A stretch of DNA of 64,000 nucleotides from positions 992,001 through 1,056,000 of the forward strand of contig JASTWF010000035.1 in NCBI GenBank assembly GCA_030390025.1, in the 5' to 3' direction. The position numbers were made by a program, and so were the translations under genes. Under the pieces are notes generated by a model that ran no database searches, had not been told where the DNA came from, and saw nothing but the letters and a program-made list of their open reading frames with translations. Positions within the stretch are counted from its first letter, which is position 1, and each line of letters opens with the position of its first letter. Below, in pieces: positions 25,602 to 37,636 of this stretch. This stretch comes from Squalus acanthias (Eukaryota).

Positions 25602-26396
25602 GAAGGACCCCGTCCTGTCAGAAACCCTTTGGAAGGCGCGGTGTTGGAGTTTATATCCACACTCTGGGTCCCAGCCATGTGGGATTTATAGAAAGTAGGG
25701 TCACCGATGGCTCCATCTGAATGGGTAGTGGATGCAGCGCTTCGAGTCTCTCCCAGTGACCTGGTCCGCTATTGGTGTTTAATCTTTAACCCGCCCTATC
25801 CTGTGCTCTTCATTGATTGGCCGATTCCCTTGTCGGGAGAGCAACGTGTAGGAAGGAGTCACGGGGCATAACTGGAGGGTTTCAATAATATTCAGGATCG
25901 CCTGCACGGGTCACATGATGGACAGTGGACCACCTCACTCCCTCCCACTCTTCATTATTCCTGATTTATGGATCATCTCACTTTCCTCTTTTTTTTTATT
26001 GAGATTGATTTTTAAAGATTTCAGACTGACTCCTCTTCCCAGAGTGGAAAAACGTGTGAATTAACAAGAATCGTGATGTAAACAAATGACATTTACAGAT
26101 CAGATGACAGGCACCAGAGGTGAATTTCTAAGATTATTAGCGTCTGAATCACTGACACTGAAATACCTGGAGCATCGCACTCCAGGGGGGATCGGCCCCA
26201 GCCCCAGCCCCCTCCCCGTGGACTGTCTGTTACAATGCCTGTTAAATCCTGGACTCCTAAATTGCTTGGAATGGTCCTGTTAGTAATAAATAAAACATTC
26301 CATCACTGGCAACTTCATGTCTCCATCACTTTATTTCACTCAGGGTAGTAATCTCCGAAATACTTCCTGTGCCAGGATAAGAATAAGAATTATTTC

Positions 26397-27563
26397 CAAA
26401 AGGCATTCGATAATGTGCCACATAAAAGGTTATTACACAAGATTAGGGCTCAAGGGGGTTGAGGGTAATATAGTAGCATGGATCGAGGATTGGTTAACGG
26501 ACAGAAAACAGAGAGTAGGGATAAACGGATCTTTTTCAGGTTGGCAGGCTGTAACTAGTGGGGTGCTGCAAGATCAGTGTTGGGGCCTCAGCTATTTACA
26601 ATCTATATTAATGACCTAGATGAAGGGACCGAGTGTAATGTATCCAAGTTTGCTGATGATACAAAGCTAGGTGGGACAGTAAACTGTGAGGATAACACAA
26701 AGAGTCTGCAAAGGGATATAGATAGACTAAGTGAGTGGGCAGTAAGGTGGCAGATGGAGTATAATGTAGGGAAATGTGCGGTTATTCACTTTTGTAGGAA
26801 GAATAGAAAAACAATATTTTTTAAATGGTGAGAAACTTTCAAATGTTGGTGTTCAGAGAGATTTGGATGTCCTCATGCAAGAAACACAGAAAGCTAGTAC
26901 GCAGGTACAGGAAGGCAAATGGCATGTTGGCCTTTATTGCAAGGGGGTTGGAGTATAAGAGTAAGGAAGTCTTGCTACAATTGCACAGGGCCTTGGTGAG
27001 ACCACACCTGGAATACTGTGCACAGTTTTGGTCTCCTTATCTAAGGAAGAATATACTTGCCTTGGAGGCAGTTCAACGAAGGTTCACTAGTTTGATTCCT
27101 GGGATGAGAGGGCTGTCCTATGATGAGAGATTGTGTAGAATGGGCCTATACTCTCTGGAGTTTAGAAGAATGAGAGGTGATCTCATTGAAACATACAAGA
27201 TTCTGAAGGGGATTGACAGGGTAGATGCTGAGAGGTTGTTTCCCCTGGCTGGAGTGTCTAGAACTAGGGGGCATAGTCTCAGGATAAGGGGTTGGCCATT
27301 TAAGACCGAGATGAGGAGGAATTTCTTCACTCAGAGGGTTGTGAATCTTTGGAATTCTCTGCCCCAGAGGGCTGTGAATACTGAGCCTTTGAGTATATTC
27401 AAGGCTGAGATCGATAGATTTTTGGACTCTTGGGGAATTAAGGGATAGGGAGAACGGGCGGGAAAGTGGAGTTAAGGTCGATGATCAGCCATGATCTTAT
27501 TAAATGGTGGAGGAGGCTCGAGGGGCCGTGTGGCCGACTCCTGCTCCTAATTCTTATGTTCTA
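26397..27563 (+). mobile_element. 5'-truncated CR1 LINE between the two IDH3B terminal exons
   Basis: FQKAFD..YINDL..KFADDTK..RPHLEYC with frameshifts; CR1 tail. Confidence 0.93.
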
Positions 27564-28681
27564 AGAACACGGTAAAGAAAGAACTTGCGTTTGCACAGCC
27601 ACGGGACATCCCACAGCACTTTACACTTCACAAGTACTTCATTGACTGTAATCACTATTCTAATGTAAGAAAGTTAACCCGGGCCTGCAGGAGGGGAGGA
27701 GATTCATTTCTGGACCAAGGGAAGGGGAGACCTTGACTGGCACTAAAACGGCAGCAAAGTCCTGCTGGAGAGGGTGAATAGACTGGGGGGTGGATTTAAA
27801 CTAATAGACTGGGGTGGTTTGGGACTAGAGGAAGCACAGGATTAATAAAGCTGTAACAGGCTGAGGTAGAGAGAGAAAAACAAAATAAATGAGGAAACAC
27901 AAAAGGCATCAAGGGGTATGGGGAGAGAGCGGGAATATCGTATTGAGATAGAGGATCAGCCATGATCATATTGAATGGCGGAGCAGGCTCGAATGGCCGA
28001 CTCCTGCTATTTTTCTATGTTTCTATGAAACAATGAATAAGAGTGAGCAAGGAGTCAGAATTGAGTGGTGTGTCTGAATGCAGAGAGCATTCAAAATAAA
28101 ACGAGTTAGAACCATTACTCACTATGGAGGGATACAAGTCTCGATAATGGAGATATGGATTGGGTTTGGACAGGACTGGGAACTTAATTAAGGTTATAAC
28201 ATTTCAGGAGAGATAGGGAGGGTAAAGAAGGGGCTGGGTGGCAGTGTTGGTAAAGGATTCTGTCTGTGCTAGAATGTAACTATGTCCAGGGTGGGTTTGC
28301 ATTCAGATAGAATCCATATGGAGAGAGTTAAGAAATAGGAAGGGAAATGGATCAATTCTCAGTGTGAGTTACAGGCCAAACAGTGGAGATGGGATCGAGG
28401 GGGAGATCTGCAGACAGATCAGAGATATCCAAGAACAGGGCAATAAAACTGGGTGATTTAACTAGCTCAAGATAGATTATATTCACAAAGCGCACCAAAG
28501 ACATCTGGAAGAAAAAGTGCTGGAATGGCACCAACATTCACTGTGCCTTCAGCCCATTGTTGGCTACCTGACAGTCAAGAGTCGATACCGCACCTGTCCA
28601 CCTCTTACTGAGCACACACCAGCCTCCTTGCCCTGCTACCACACCTCCACTATTAAAACCCTCTGTTTATTCCTTCCCCAG

Positions 28682-28759
28682 ATTCGGACCCCGGACATGG
28701 GCGGATACTCGACCTCGGCAGAGTTCACGTCGGCTGTGATCGCTAACCTCGGCGCCTAA
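28682..28759 (+). CDS. IDH3B: IDH3B alternative terminal exon 2
   Basis: ttccccag|ATT CGG ACC; IRTPDMGGYSTSAEFTSAVIANLGA*; AATAAA at 28900-28905. Confidence 0.92.
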   Translation: MRTPDMGGYSTSAEFTSAVIANLGA

Positions 28760-29256
28760 GCATTGGCAGGACCTGGGTCGCTGTGGGAGGATTCTGCAAG
28801 TTCCCTAAAGTGGGCATAGAGCAACCCTGCCCAACATTTCATCCTATTAATCCTGTCAAGTCCAGCCCATCAATCTGTGCTGTTAACCTGGTAAATGTGA
28901 ATAAAGGCACAAGGAATCATGGAAACCATGTTGAGTTTTAATATGCAGACAAACTCCCTTAACTTTTCAGAACCAATTCTAGAACTTGCTGTGCGCAAAT
29001 TGGCTGCCGCGTTTCCCACATTACAACAGTGACTCCACTTCAAAAGTACTTCATTGGCTGTAAAGCGCTTTGAGACGTCCGGTGGTCGTGAAAGGCTCTT
29101 ACATAAATGCAAGTCTTTCCTTTTAACAGTAAGCAATGGAGTGGAGGGAGGTCACGGGTTTAGTTTCTCTGGTATAAGATGAGCTGAAATCCCTCCCCTC
29201 GACTGGGCTGGGTGAATTACTTTAGAATTCTCTTCAGTTTTGTATCTGAACACTTA

Positions 29257-30037
29257 AACATAAGACGTAGGAGTAGGTCATTTGGCCCCTTGAGCCTGCT
29301 CCGCCATTCAATAAGATCATGGCTGATCTGATCTTGGCCTCAACTCCACTTCCCTGCCCGCTCCCCATAACCCTTGACTCCCTTACCTTTCAAAAATCTG
29401 TCTATCTCCACTTTAAATATATTCAATGACCCAGCCTCCACAGCTCTCTGGGGAAGAGAATTCCAAAGATTCACGACCTTCTGTAGAAGAAATTCCTCAT
29501 TTCCAATTTAAAAGGGTGCCCCCTTCTGAAATTATGCCCCCTAGTTCTAGATTCCACGAGGGGAAACATCCTCTCTGCATCTACCCTGTCAAGCCCCTTC
29601 AGAATCTTGTTTCAATAAGATCCCCTCTCATTCTTCTAAACTCTAATGAGTATAGGCCCAGCCTGCTCAACCTTTCTTCATAAAATAACCCCTTCATCTC
29701 CAGAATCAACCTTGTGAACCTTCTCTGAACTGCCTCCAATGCAAGTATATCCTTCCTCAAATAAGGAGACCAAAACTGTACGCAGTACTCCAGGTGTGGT
29801 CTCACCAGCGCCCTGTACAGTTATAACAGGACTTCCCTGCTTTTATACTCCATTCCCTTTGCAATAAAGGCCAACACTCCATTTGCCTTCCTAATTACTT
29901 GCTGTACCTGCATGCTAATCCTTTGTGATTCATGTACAAGGATGCCCAGATCCCTCTGTACCTCAGCATTTTGTAATCACTCCCCATTTAAATAATTTGC
30001 TTTTTTATTTTTCCTACCAAAGTGGATAACCTCACAT
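29257..30037 (-). mobile_element. CR1 3' fragment
   Basis: [18 protein letters not shown] on -, reverse tail at ~29260. Confidence 0.9.
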
Positions 30038-30239
30038 TAAACAGAGGACATTAGGGGTGAAAGGGATACTGTTACCAGGGAAGAACATGTTCAAAAGGAG
30101 AATTTGTGTTGCTGCAGTAGGAAGGCATTTGGTAGACAGATACGGTCAACAGGTATTGGATGTCTTTCCATTGAGTTTTCTCCCATCACAGCTTAGATTC
30201 ACCAGGATGATGCTACAGCTGGGAAACTAGTTGAGATAT

Positions 30240-32760
30240 TTAGCCTTATTAAGAGGCAGAGTACAAAAGCAAGGAAGTTATGCTAAACCTTTAGAAATCA
30301 CTGGTTAGGTCTCAGCTGGAGTGTTGTGGCCAATTCTGGGCACCGCACTTTAGGAAAGATGTCAAGGCCTCGGAGAGGGTGCGGAAGAGATTTACCAGAA
30401 TGGCAGCAGGGATGCTGGACTTCAGTTATATAGAGAAGCTGGGTTGTTCTCCTTAGAGCAGTGAAGGTTAAGAGATTTGATAGCTGTTCAAAATTATGAA
30501 GTTTTTATTTACTCTTATCAAAACCAACTTTCCAGTTGCATAAGGACAAAAGAACCAGAGGCGACATGAAGGGTGGTGGAAGCAGATTCAGGAGTAACAT
30601 TCAGAGAATTACAAATACTTGGGGGAAAAAAAATACAGGGCTACAAGGAAAGAGTAGGACTAATCAGCTAGCTATACCAAAGAGCTGGCAGGCACAATAG
30701 GCCAAATGGCCTCCTTCTGTGCTGTATCATTCTATACTGGGACTATTTACACTGGAACACAAGAAATAAGAGTAGGCCATACGTACACCCCCTCGAGCCT
30801 GCTCCGCCCTTCAATAAGATCATGGCTGAACATCTACATCAACTCCAGATCCCCTTAGTGTCCAAAATATCTAGAGACAGATAGCACTAGAGTAAGAAAT
30901 AGTGCGGTACTAGGTGGGGTCAGACTAAGAATACAAGGTATGGTAAATAAGGTTGGTGAGCTGCAGGCGCAAATAGCCACATGGGAATATGATGTGGCGA
31001 TAAGAGACCTGGCTCAAAAAGGGCAGGATTGGGTACTAAATATTCCTGGATACAAGTATTCAGGAAAGATAGGAGATGGGGTGGCAGTATTGATTGAGAA
31101 TATTATCGTGCTGGAGAGGATGTCCTGGAGGCGTCAAAGGACAGTATCTATTTGGTTAGAGTTAAGAAATAATAGGTGCCATTACACTAGGTGTATTCTA
31201 TAGGCCACCAACTAGTGGGAAAGATAGAGCAAATTTGCAAGGAAATTACAGGGAGGTGCAAGAACTATAGTGTAGTAATAATGGGGGACTTGAACTATCC
31301 TAATACAGACTGGGATAGTAATACTGTAAAGGGCAGAGAGGGGGGAAGACTAAGTGTGTTCAGGAGAACTTTATCAGTAGCTTTCCAGTAGGTTTCCAGC
31401 CTGACGAGGGAGAGGCATTGCTGGATCCGGGGAATGAGATGGGTCAAATGTCAGTAGGGGAACAGTGAACATAGTATAAGGTTTAGATTAGCTATGGAAA
31501 AGGACAGGGAGCAATATGGAATAAAAATACTTAATTGGAGGAAAGCCAATTTCAGTGGGTTGAGAATGGATCTGGCCCAGGGTAAATTGGAATCAAAGAT
31601 TGGTATGCTAAACTGTAATTGAACATTGGGCTGCCTTTAGAGATGGTTCAGGTACAGTCGAGGTACATTCCCACAAGAGGGAAAGGTAGGGCAAGCCAGA
31701 GCTCCCTGGATGACAAGAGATAGGAGTAAGATGAAGCAGAAAAAGGGGGCGTATGACAGATTGAGAATACAAGTGAGAACCAAGCTGAATATACAAAGTT
31801 CTGTGGGGAAGAGAAAACAGAAATAAGAGGAGCAAAGAGGGAGTCAGAGAATAGATTGGCAGCTAACAAAAGGGATTCCAAAAGTCTTCTATAGGCATAA
31901 ATAATAAACGGGTAGTAAGAGGGGTGGGGCCAATTAGGGACCAAAAAGACCTACACATGGAAGCAGAGAACATGGCTGAGGTACTAAATTAGTACTTTGC
32001 ATCTGTCTTTACCAAGGAAGATGCTGCCAAAGTCAGTGAAAGGAGGTGGTAGTGGAGTTACTGGATGAGATAAAAATTGATTGAGGTACTAGAAAGGCTG
32101 GCTGTACTTAAAGTAGATAAGTCACCAGGACCAGATGAGATGCATCTTAGGATGCTGAGGGAGGTACTGGCCACAATATTCCAATCCTCCTTAGACACAG
32201 GGGTGGTGCCAGAGGACTGGAGAATTGCAAATGTTACACCTTTGTTCAAAAAAGGGTGTAAGGATAAACCCAGCAACTACAGGCCAGTCAGTTTAACCTT
32301 GGTAGTGGGGAAGCTTTTAGAAATGATAATCCAGGATGTGGTGTACATGGATTTCTAAAAGGCGTTCGACAAAGTGCCACATAATAGGCTTGCCAGCAAA
32401 TTTGAAGCCCATGGAATAAAAGGGACAGTGGCAGCATGGATACAGAATTGGCGAAGTGACAGGAAACAGTAGCTGACTGGTTGTTTCAGACTAGAGGAAG
32501 GTGTTCCCCAGGGGTCAGTACTAGGACCACTGCTTTTCTTGATATATATTAATGACTCAGACTTGGGTGTACAGGGCACAATTTCAAAATTTGCAGATGA
32601 CACAAAACTTGGAAGTATAGTGAACAGTGAGGAGGATAGTGAGACTTCAAGAGGACAGACAGGCTGATGAAACAGGCGGACATGTGGCAGATGAAATTTA
32701 ATGCAGAAAAGTGCAAAGTGATACATTCTGGTAGGAAGAACGAGGAGAGGCAATATAAAT
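30240..32760 (+). mobile_element. Old, heavily deleted CR1 copies (3' fragment, then EN-RT body from ~30870)
   Basis: [27 protein letters not shown] remnants. Confidence 0.82.
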
Positions 32761-32800
32761 GCAAATATTACTGACAAGCCCAGTCTGCATGGTATTGAAT

Positions 32801-32806
32801 TTTATT
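32801..32806 (-). terminator. Probable NOP56 polyadenylation signal
   Basis: AATAAA on - strand ~560 nt after the stop; the UTR contains about three copies of a 33-bp repeat at 33236-33327. Confidence 0.65.
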
Positions 32807-33365
32807 GACTGTACATATTTACAAGCTCAAAGATGGACGGGTCACTGATTTTCACAGCTTTGTTACCCCCTCCCCAGGCCTGTGTCAGTGATAGGCTGGG
32901 GTCAGACCAATGATTAGCAGGGACCCTCTATTGGTGTTGACCGGCTTAATGCTGGCACTGTACCAGGCACATTAGGGCCGCCACTGTGAATACAGCACCA
33001 GGCCCCAGTAAAGCTGTAGTCAACCAGTCCTGTAAGCTCCAGCACAGGGCAAACATAAACCCAAGCGGTACCTTCCACACAGCTACTGAGCTGAAGGCAC
33101 TTCCACCCAGGACCCCAGGTATGTCAGACCCCCAAGCACTGGGGCCCCAGGTGTGACAGACCCTCAAGGCAAGAGGAAGCTCATGCACAACTCCAGACCA
33201 AACAAAATAAACTATTTATATAAAAATTGTCTGACGGAGGGACAGTCTAGCCTGTCTGACCCATGTATGGAGGGACAGTCTAGCCTGTCTGACCCATGTA
33301 TGGAGGGACAGTCTAGCCTGTCTGACCTGTGTAACAGTCCGCACTCAGTGCAGTGCCGGCCTCTC

Positions 33366-33557
33366 CTAGTCTGATTTGTTTTTTTTCTTCTTTTTCTTCT
33401 TGTCCGATACAGGGGTCTCTGGCTCCTCGGCCACCAGCCGCTGCTTCCTCTTCTTCTGAACAGGCGTTTCCTGGACACCATTTGACACATCGTCCACTGT
33501 CACTTGCTCCTTTTTCTTCTTCTTCTTCTCCACCACCACCACTTCTACATCTCCATT
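33366..33557 (-). CDS. NOP56: NOP56 exon 12, lysine-rich tail
   Basis: tgtag|AAT GGA; NGDVEVVVVEKKKKKKEQ...DKKKKKKKNKSD*. Confidence 0.88.
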   Translation of the reverse strand, partial: NGDVEVVVVEKKKKKKEQVTVDDVSNGVQETPVQKKRKQRLVAEEPETPVSDKKKKKKKNKSD

Positions 33558-33642
33558 CTACAGAAACAAGAGATGCAGTGAGCGTGGAAGTTATCCAGAG
33601 ACCCATCAGCCCAGAGATACTCGTTCTCCACCCCCCCCTCAC

Positions 33643-33789
33643 CTCACTCGCAGTTTTGACTCTCTTTTCAGCAGGCTCCTCTGCCCCCTCCTCAGCAGCC
33701 AGGGCCTCCAGCTTTCTCTTCTCTCTCTTCTTCCTCCTTTTCTCTTTCTTTTCCATTTTTCTCTTCAATTCTGCTGTCACTTCAGCCGC
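33643..33789 (-). CDS. NOP56: NOP56 exon 11
   Basis: ccag|GCG..GAG|gtgagg; AAEVTAELKRKMEKKEKRRKKREKRKLEALAAEE. Confidence 0.92.
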
Positions 33790-33920
33790 CTGGGAACAGA
33801 ACAGAAACAATTATAAGTCCGAGCCCTGCCACATATTTGCACAGGGAGACTTCGCAAGCCTTGCACACTAAAGGGTAATGGCGATACGGTCACACACACT
33901 CTGCATGTAGTCATGACTGG

Positions 33921-34006
33921 GCTGGATCAGCCTCATTAAATCAATTTCTTCCCTCCGTGATACCGAGTCAGAGCTGTGCATCGTCTCAAACAGGTCCTGC
34001 CCAGCC
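33921..34006 (-). ncRNA. SNORD57: SNORD57-like C/D snoRNA (18S Am99 guide), C box degenerate
   Basis: GATTTAATGAGG-CTGA-TCC, complementary to 18S CUCAUUAAAUC; intron 10 as in human; 5' end uncertain. Confidence 0.72.
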
Positions 34007-34370
34007 GACAGCAGTGCCATAGGCTATGGTAGCATAGTGGTTGTGTTACTGGACTAGTAATCCAGAGAACACTAGTTCAAATAGCAGTTTGAGAATTTGA
34101 ATTCAGTAAATTAAGTAAATCTGGAATAAAAAGCTGGTGTCCATGAAGCTGGTGGATTGTGGCAAAAACCCAACTGATTCACTAATGTCCTTAAAGGATG
34201 GAAACCGGCCGTCCTTACCCGTCTGGTCCATCGGCAACTTCAGTCCCACACCTCATCTGTCGATTAGGCACTTTACAGCCTTCTGGACTCAACAGAGTTC
34301 AACATTTTCAGACCACAACCTCTGCCCCTAATTTATTTTCTCACAGCAGCTGTCAATCATTCTGCCATTG

Positions 34371-34806
34371 CCATTTAGTCATTTTTGTTTCTTAACTTGT
34401 CCCATTACCATCTCATCTTCTTCTGTTCTGACGAAGGGTCATCGACCTGAAACGTTAACTGTTTCTCTCTCTCCACAGATGCTGCCTGACCTGGAGTATT
34501 TCCAGCATTTTCTGTTTTTATTTCATATTTCCAGCATCCGCAGTATTTTGCTTTTGTACCATTTCCTTTTGCCTTGCACCATCATCCCCTTTGTCTTAAT
34601 CTCTCCTGCCTTCCATCCTATCCCAGACCTTCCCTTTGTTCTTTCCTCCTCTCCCCCCTTTCCCTACACTTGCTTAAAAACCTGTTCCATCTCCAACTTT
34701 TTCCAGTTCTGACAAAGGGTCATCGACCTGAAACGTTAACTGTTTCTCTCTCTCCACAGATGCTGCCTGACCTGGAGTATTTCCAGCATTTTCTGTTTTT
34801 ATTTCA
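34371..34806 (+). mobile_element. Tandem hammerhead-containing repeat (family B), two motifs 281 bp apart
   Basis: CTGACGA-A-GGGTC-atc-GACCT-GAAA-CGTT-AACTG at 34428; same with CTGACAA at 34709; ~100 bp near-identical downstream. Confidence 0.72.
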
Positions 34807-35016
34807 GTCCCACAACTTGCATTATATTACACCTTTAATGTAGTAAAATGTCCCCAAGGTGCTTCACAGGAGCATTCTCGGACAAAATGTGACACTGAGC
34901 CACAAGAGACATTAGGACAGACGACCAAATCCTTGGTCAAAGAGGGAGGTTTTAAGGAGCGTCCTAAAGGAGGGGCAGCTGGGAACTGTGAAACACTGCC
35001 CGCTCTCCACACCCAC

Positions 35017-35138
35017 CTCAGTGGCAGCCTCCTTCATGACATCCACATTTTTGCGAGGGGCCTCGCCAGTCTCGTAGAACGCCAACCGCTCTTCAACCTG
35101 GTCTCGCAGTTTGTCTCCAAACACACTGGTGGGTATTT
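35017..35138 (-). CDS. NOP56: NOP56 exon 10
   Basis: ttcag|AA ATA..GAG|gtgggt; [38 protein letters not shown]; 122 bp. Confidence 0.97.
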
Positions 35139-35246
35139 CTGAAAAGGACAATTGGACGGGGTGAGGGTCTGATGGGCAATTGGCCAACTGGAAAAAGATC
35201 AACCCCGTCAATGCACAGTACTTACACGCTCTACTCGAGGAAAACT

Positions 35247-36126
35247 CCCACTCACCCCCAGGGGGCAGCACATCCCCCACTCACCCCCAGGGGGCAGCAC
35301 ATCCCCCACTCACCCCCAGGGGGCAGCACATCCCCCACTCACCCCCAGGGGGCTGCACATCCCCCACTCACCCCCAGGGGGCTGCACATCCCCCACTCAC
35401 CCCCAGGGGGCAGCACATCCCCCACTCACCCCCAGGGGGCAGCACATCCCCCACTCACCCCCAGGGGGCTGCACATCCTCCACTCACCCCCAGGGGGCAG
35501 CACATCCTCCACTCACCCCCAGGGGGCTGCACATCCCCCACTCACCCCCAGGGGGCAGCACATCCTCCACTCACCCCCAGGGGGCAGCACATTCTCCACT
35601 CACCCCCAGGGGGCAGCACATCCCCCACTCACCCCCAGGGGGCTGCACATCCCCCACTCACCCCCAGGGGGCAGCACATTCTCCACTCACCCCCAGGGGG
35701 CAGCACATTCTCCACTCACCCCCAGGGGGCAGCACATCCCCCACTCACCCCCAGGGGGCAGCACATCCCCCACTCACCCCCAGGGGGCTGCACATCCCCC
35801 ACTCACCCCCAGGGGGCTGCACATCCCCCACTCACCCCCAGGGGGCAGCACATCCTCCACTCACCCCCAGGGGGCAGCACATCCCCCACTCACCCCCAGG
35901 GGGCAGCACATCCCCCACTCACCCCCAGGGGGCAGCACATCCCCCACTCACCCCCAGGGGGCAGCACATCCCCCACTCACCCCCAGGGGGCAGCACATCC
36001 CCCACTCACCCCCAGGGGGCAGCACATTCTCCACTCACCCCCAGGGGGCAGCACATCCCCCACTCCCCCCCCCAGGGGGCAGCACATCCCCCACTCACCC
36101 CCAGGGGGCTGCACATCCCCCACTCA
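35247..36126. repeat. 30-bp minisatellite, about 29 copies
   Basis: CCCACTCACCCCCAGGGGGCAGCACATCCC. Confidence 0.98.
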
Positions 36127-36558
36127 GTGGGGTGGCGATATGGCAGATATGCTTTTAAGTGGTTGCTGTTGTTGTAAAATTTGCCCACGGACGAAAAGGT
36201 TGCACTCAAAGGAGTTAATGGTCCACTCAGTACAAAACAAATTAAGAGGGAATATTGCCCACAAACCCCAGGGAGCAGCACATTCTTCACACTCAACCCC
36301 GAAGGATCCCGGCCTGGCCTATACGTGACTCCAATCCCACACCAGTGGTTGGCTCCTAACTGTGTGTGGGTGATGCTGGCAAACCCAAAGTATTAATTAA
36401 AAAGAGACAGCGTTGCACCAGAACTGTGGACATCAAAGCAACCACCAGAAGCAGTAACATGCAAACCTTGTGCAGTGGTCACTGACTGAGGTCTCTGGGC
36501 TCAAGTCAGCACACAGGTCTCCCCACAGCAGGAGACGGAGCCACTCCCTCCGGCAGGC

Positions 36559-36633
36559 TGTGCTCAGACAGAAGTTGTCAACATTCACAGGAGTGAAATG
36601 CGGTTGACGAAAAATACTGAATCATCACTGCAG
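36559..36633 (-). ncRNA. SNORD56: SNORD56 C/D snoRNA (18S Cm517 guide)
   Basis: GTGATGA..TATTTTTCGTCA..CTGA; complementary to 18S UGACGAAAAAUA; NOP56 intron 9. Confidence 0.92.
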
Positions 36634-36679
36634 TCGCCTTGCCAGCCGGAGCAGGTTTCTGCCCGCCTCCATGAACTCA

Positions 36680-37510
36680 CCCCACCCCTCACCCGAGAGG
36701 CAGTCAATCCTGGGCACCCCCTAAACCCACCCCATCCCTCACCCGAGAAACAGTCAATCCTGGGCACCCCCTAAACCCACCCCATCCCTCACCCGAGAAA
36801 CAGTCAATCCTGGACACCCCCTAAACCCACCCCACCCCTCACCCGAGAGGCAGTCAATCCTGGGCACCCCCTAAACCCACCCCATCCCTCACCCGAGAGG
36901 CAGTCAATCCTGGGCACCCCCTAAACCCACCCCATCCCTCACCCGAGAGGCAGTCAATCCTGGACACCCCCGAAACCCACCCCATCCCTCACCCGAGAGG
37001 CAGTCAATCCTGGACACCCCCGAAACCCACCCCATCCCTCACCCGAGGCGCAGTCAATCCTGGGCACCCCCTAAACCCACCCCATCCCTCACCCGAGAAA
37101 GTCAATCCTGGGCACCCCCTAAACCCACCCCATCCCTCACCCGAGAGGCAGTCAATCCTGGGCACCCCCGAAACCCACCCCATCCCTCACCCGAGAGGCA
37201 GTCAATCCTGGGCACCCCCTAAACCCACCCCATCCCTCACCCGAGAGGCAGTCAATCCTGGCACCCCCTAAACCCACCCCATCCCTCACCCGAGAGGCAG
37301 TCAATCCTGGCACCCCCTAAACCCACCCCATCCCTCACCCGAGAGGCAGTCAATCCTGGCACCCCCGAAACCCACCCCATCCCTCACCCGAGAGGCAGTC
37401 AATCCTGGACACCCCCGAAACCCACCCCATCCCTCACCCGAGAGGCAGTCAATCCTCGACACCCCCTAAACCCACCCCATCCCTCACCTGAGAAACAATC
37501 AATCCTGGAC
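36680..37510 (-). repeat. 50-bp array derived from the NOP56 exon 9 end plus donor site, 16 extra copies
   Basis: Unit CCAGGATTGACTGCCTCTCGG|GTGAGGGATGGGGTGGGTTTAGGGGGTG vs authentic CCAGGATTGATTGTTTCTCAG|GTGAGG. Confidence 0.96.
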
Positions 37511-37636
37511 GCTATCGTGCACTTGTTGGCCAGGTAACGGGAAATCCTGCCCTTGTTCTTAGCAGCAGCTCTGCCGATGAAGGTTGAGTGGAAGATCAGG
37601 CCATACTTGGGGGTGTTCCCTTTGGTCTTTAGGGCT
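37488..37636 (-). CDS. NOP56: NOP56 exon 9 (Nop domain)
   Basis: [49 protein letters not shown]; 149 bp, AG/GT. Confidence 0.97.
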
